Of a DNA stretch of 64,000 nucleotides, positions 61,565 through 64,000 are shown piece after piece. The stretch is from Candidatus Bathyarchaeota archaeon. Its GTDB lineage: Archaea; Thermoproteota; Bathyarchaeia; Bathyarchaeales; Bathycorpusculaceae. Within the stretch, counting starts at the first letter, position 1. Every line of letters starts with the position of its first letter. The notes beneath the pieces are model-generated. The model was not told where the DNA came from. It searched no databases and saw only the letters and a list, made by a program, of their open reading frames with translations. Location of the stretch: the NCBI GenBank assembly GCA_963702095.1, contig OY969706.1, positions 256,001 through 320,000 of the forward strand, in the 5' to 3' direction. Position numbers and translations under genes: made by a program.

Positions 61565-64000
61565 GTGCAAAAGAAATTTTTAGCTATCGCTACTGCGTTA
61601 TTTCTAGTAGTTATAATGACAGCAACAGCATTATTCCCCAACCTCAACGGACAACTAACTAATCCCCCTGGAACAGTGCAGACATCATACCCCTTTGTCA
61701 GAGCTGGACCTAACCCCATCGGCGTAGGCCAAACAGTCACCATCATCATGTTCGTTGGACAGCCAACCTTAACTAGCGAAAACGTGCAAGACTGGACACT
61801 TGTAATCACAAAACCTGATGGAACCAACCAAACCCTTGGTCCATTCACCTCAGATACAACTGGCGGTACATTCACTACATACGTCCCTGAAACCACAGGC
61901 AATTACACAATCCAAGGCTTTGTAGCTCAGCAAACACTCTCTAACGGCGTAATATGGTCTGCTGGCATATCCCCCCCTGATACGCTTGTAGTGCAATCGG
62001 AACCCGTAACACTCAGTAACTACCCGATAACTCCACTGCCGACAGAATGGTGGCAAACCCCAGTTACCGCTGAAAACGTTCAAAACTGGTATAAAATCAC
62101 TGGACCATGGCTTGGATACGGCATGATTGCTTTCGGTATCACTGGAGGCTACAATAACTCACAAAACATGTACAACCCCTACACTGAATCAGTAATGTCT
62201 GGGCATGTCCTCTGGACGAAGCTCTGGGCTGAAGGCGGTGTAGTTGGAGGCGACGCAGGCGGAACAGAAAGCAGCCACTTTTGGTCAACAGATCAGTACC
62301 AACCCAAATATGCACCAGTCATCATGAACGGCAAAATGTACTCAACCCTCTATGACACAGACACCACAAACTCACATGGCATTATTTGCACTGACTTATA
62401 CACAGGAACAACACTCTGGACGCTCAACTTTAGCATCTCGCTAGTTTGCGGTATGGAAACTAACTTCAAGAATCCCAACCAATACGGCACAGTCGGTCCA
62501 TACATTGTCACCATGGGTGCTATCCCCGGAGTCACAACAGGCCGAGGAACAACAGCATACAGCCTATGGGATGCATTAAACGGAAAATACCAATGCAGCA
62601 TAATTAATGCGCCCAGCATGAACGGTATGGCGCCATTCGGCGGACCTCAATGGGGCACAGATGACAACGGAAACCTAATCGCCTATTACGTTAACAATAC
62701 TAACAGCAACAAACCAACGCTAGACCTCTTTAACATGACCGTAGCTACGGGCATGGCTAGTAAATCTGGAGCCGCCGCTTTCGGATGGGGCATAACCCCC
62801 AATGGTCTTTTCAACTGGACTGATGGCGTACTATGGTCTCAGCCAGTACCCACCACTGTCGACGGAGGCACATTGAAGACACCTTTAGCGATGAACGGAA
62901 GAGCAGGCAATGAAGTAATACTTACAGGCGGATTCACTTTCGGGCAATTCTACGGTGGATTACAACAGGGCTTTAACTACGTAGCAGCAATGGACCAATA
63001 CACTGGCAGTCTAACATGGATCAAGAACTTCACTCAAAGCGATTCAGCTGTCTTTGAACCTTGGACAAGAACACAAATGCAGATTTTCGATGGTCTATGG
63101 GTACAAATAAACCAAGACAATGACGCAGTTATTGCAGTAAACGCTAATGACGGTAGTATTGCATGGCAATCAGTTCTGCCTCCGGGCATAAATGATAAGG
63201 GCTATGATGTGTTTAACCTCAGAACCTACAACGGTCTCGGCTGCCTCGTAGTCGTCGGCTTTGGAGGAGACATATGGTGCCTCAACTCAGCCAACGGAAC
63301 AACAAGGTGGCAAACCGACACTGTCAAACTCTTAGGCAACCCTGGACTTGAAACTCCATACGCTACTTGGCCTTTATGGGTCTTCCCCTGCGACTGCATA
63401 ACAAACGACGTAGGATACTTTGCTGTCGGCCACGAATACAACCCGCCGCTATTCCACGGAGCACAACTGATTGCACTCAACATGACCGATGGAAGCTTCA
63501 TCTGGTCTGAACTCGATTTTTCCGTTGAATCAACCTCAATCGCATATGGTATCATGCTGTCACGCAATGCTTACGACAACCAAATCTATGCATTCGGCAA
63601 AGGACCAAGCGCTCTGACAGTTTCAGCACCTAGCATGGGCGTCACAACCGCTACACCCTTTACAATCACTGGTACAATAATGGATGTTTCCCCAGGCACA
63701 CGCGCAATAGTTTCACCTGACCAAACGCAGGCAAAGCAGAATGAAGTCGCATTACGATTCCCCAACGGGTTACCTGCAGTTTCCGATGAGAGCCAAAGCC
63801 ACTGGATGGAATACGTCTACCAGCAGCAGCCATTCCCATTCAACACTACTGGTGTCCCAATCACCCTCAGCGTAGTCGATGCAAACGGTAACTTTAGACA
63901 AATCGGTGAAACAACAAGCGATGCAAGCGGCACATGGGCGTTCAACTGGACTCCTGACATCTCAGGTGACTTCCAAGTCGTCGCCAGCTTCCCCGGATCT
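61565..64000 (+). CDS. Large secreted PQQ-like beta-propeller surface protein (runs off the window end)
   Basis: GGAG then GTG CAA AAG; signal peptide, PNPIGVGQ, PLPTEWW, HEYNPPLFHG, NAYDNQIYAFGKGPS; start and end in the same frame with no stop noted (absent from the ORF track). Confidence 0.9.
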   Translation, partial: MQKKFLAIATALFLVVIMTATALFPNLNGQLTNPPGTVQTSYPFVRAGPNPIGVGQTVTIIMFVGQPTLTSENVQDWTLVITKPDGTNQTLGPFTSDTTGGTFTTYVPETTGNYTIQGFVAQQTLSNGVIWSAGISPPDTLVVQSEPVTLSNYPITPLPTEWWQTPVTAENVQNWYKITGPWLGYGMIAFGITGGYNNSQNMYNPYTESVMSGHVLWTKLWAEGGVVGGDAGGTESSHFWSTDQYQPKYAPVIMNGKMYSTLYDTDTTNSHGIICTDLYTGTTLWTLNFSISLVCGMETNFKNPNQYGTVGPYIVTMGAIPGVTTGRGTTAYSLWDALNGKYQCSIINAPSMNGMAPFGGPQWGTDDNGNLIAYYVNNTNSNKPTLDLFNMTVATGMASKSGAAAFGWGITPNGLFNWTDGVLWSQPVPTTVDGGTLKTPLAMNGRAGNEVILTGGFTFGQFYGGLQQGFNYVAAMDQYTGSLTWIKNFTQSDSAVFEPWTRTQMQIFDGLWVQINQDNDAVIAVNANDGSIAWQSVLPPGINDKGYDVFNLRTYNGLGCLVVVGFGGDIWCLNSANGTTRWQTDTVKLLGNPGLETPYATWPLWVFPCDCITNDVGYFAVGHEYNPPLFHGAQLIALNMTDGSFIWSELDFSVESTSIAYGIMLSRNAYDNQIYAFGKGPSALTVSAPSMGVTTATPFTITGTIMDVSPGTRAIVSPDQTQAKQNEVALRFPNGLPAVSDESQSHWMEYVYQQQPFPFNTTGVPITLSVVDANGNFRQIGETTSDASGTWAFNWTPDISGDFQVVASFPGS

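Noticed and set aside
1-64000. CRISPR array or cas genes
   Set aside because: No regularly spaced direct repeats; the repeats found are dispersed single copies

Overview
Archaeal chromosomal segment. Gene content and architectures (Ftr, form III RuBisCO, kelch and PQQ-like beta-propeller surface proteins, multi-PAS kinase, exosome and ribosomal operons) point to Bathyarchaeia; this is inference, not a search result. Bases 1-8300 are an AT-richer accessory region with two tRNA 3'-end remnants, an asparagine-synthetase-like gene lacking the catalytic Cys, a channel with an altered filter, and a receptor-like signal peptide/TM/dead-Mrr/TIR protein. The core region carries aconitase, pyrF, ftr, aRF1, an ABC operon, the AMP-salvage trio (R15P isomerase, rbcL, AMP phosphorylase), a GT2/PMT/GT-C glycosylation operon, the psmA-SBDS-rrp4/41/42-rpl37ae-pcc1 cluster, an Acinetobacter-type bifunctional mannitol-1-P dehydrogenase/phosphatase, the rps13-rpoN operon, a two-component system and a truncated beta-propeller gene. 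At least five copies of related, strand-skewed intergenic repeats (two sub-families, one with a hairpin) are dispersed through the window. About 14 single-base frameshifts, including in essential genes (rpl13, aRF1), suggest long-read indel errors, so split genes are reported joined and recoding ideas are treated with caution. No CRISPR array, complete tRNA, rRNA, transposase or integrase was seen.
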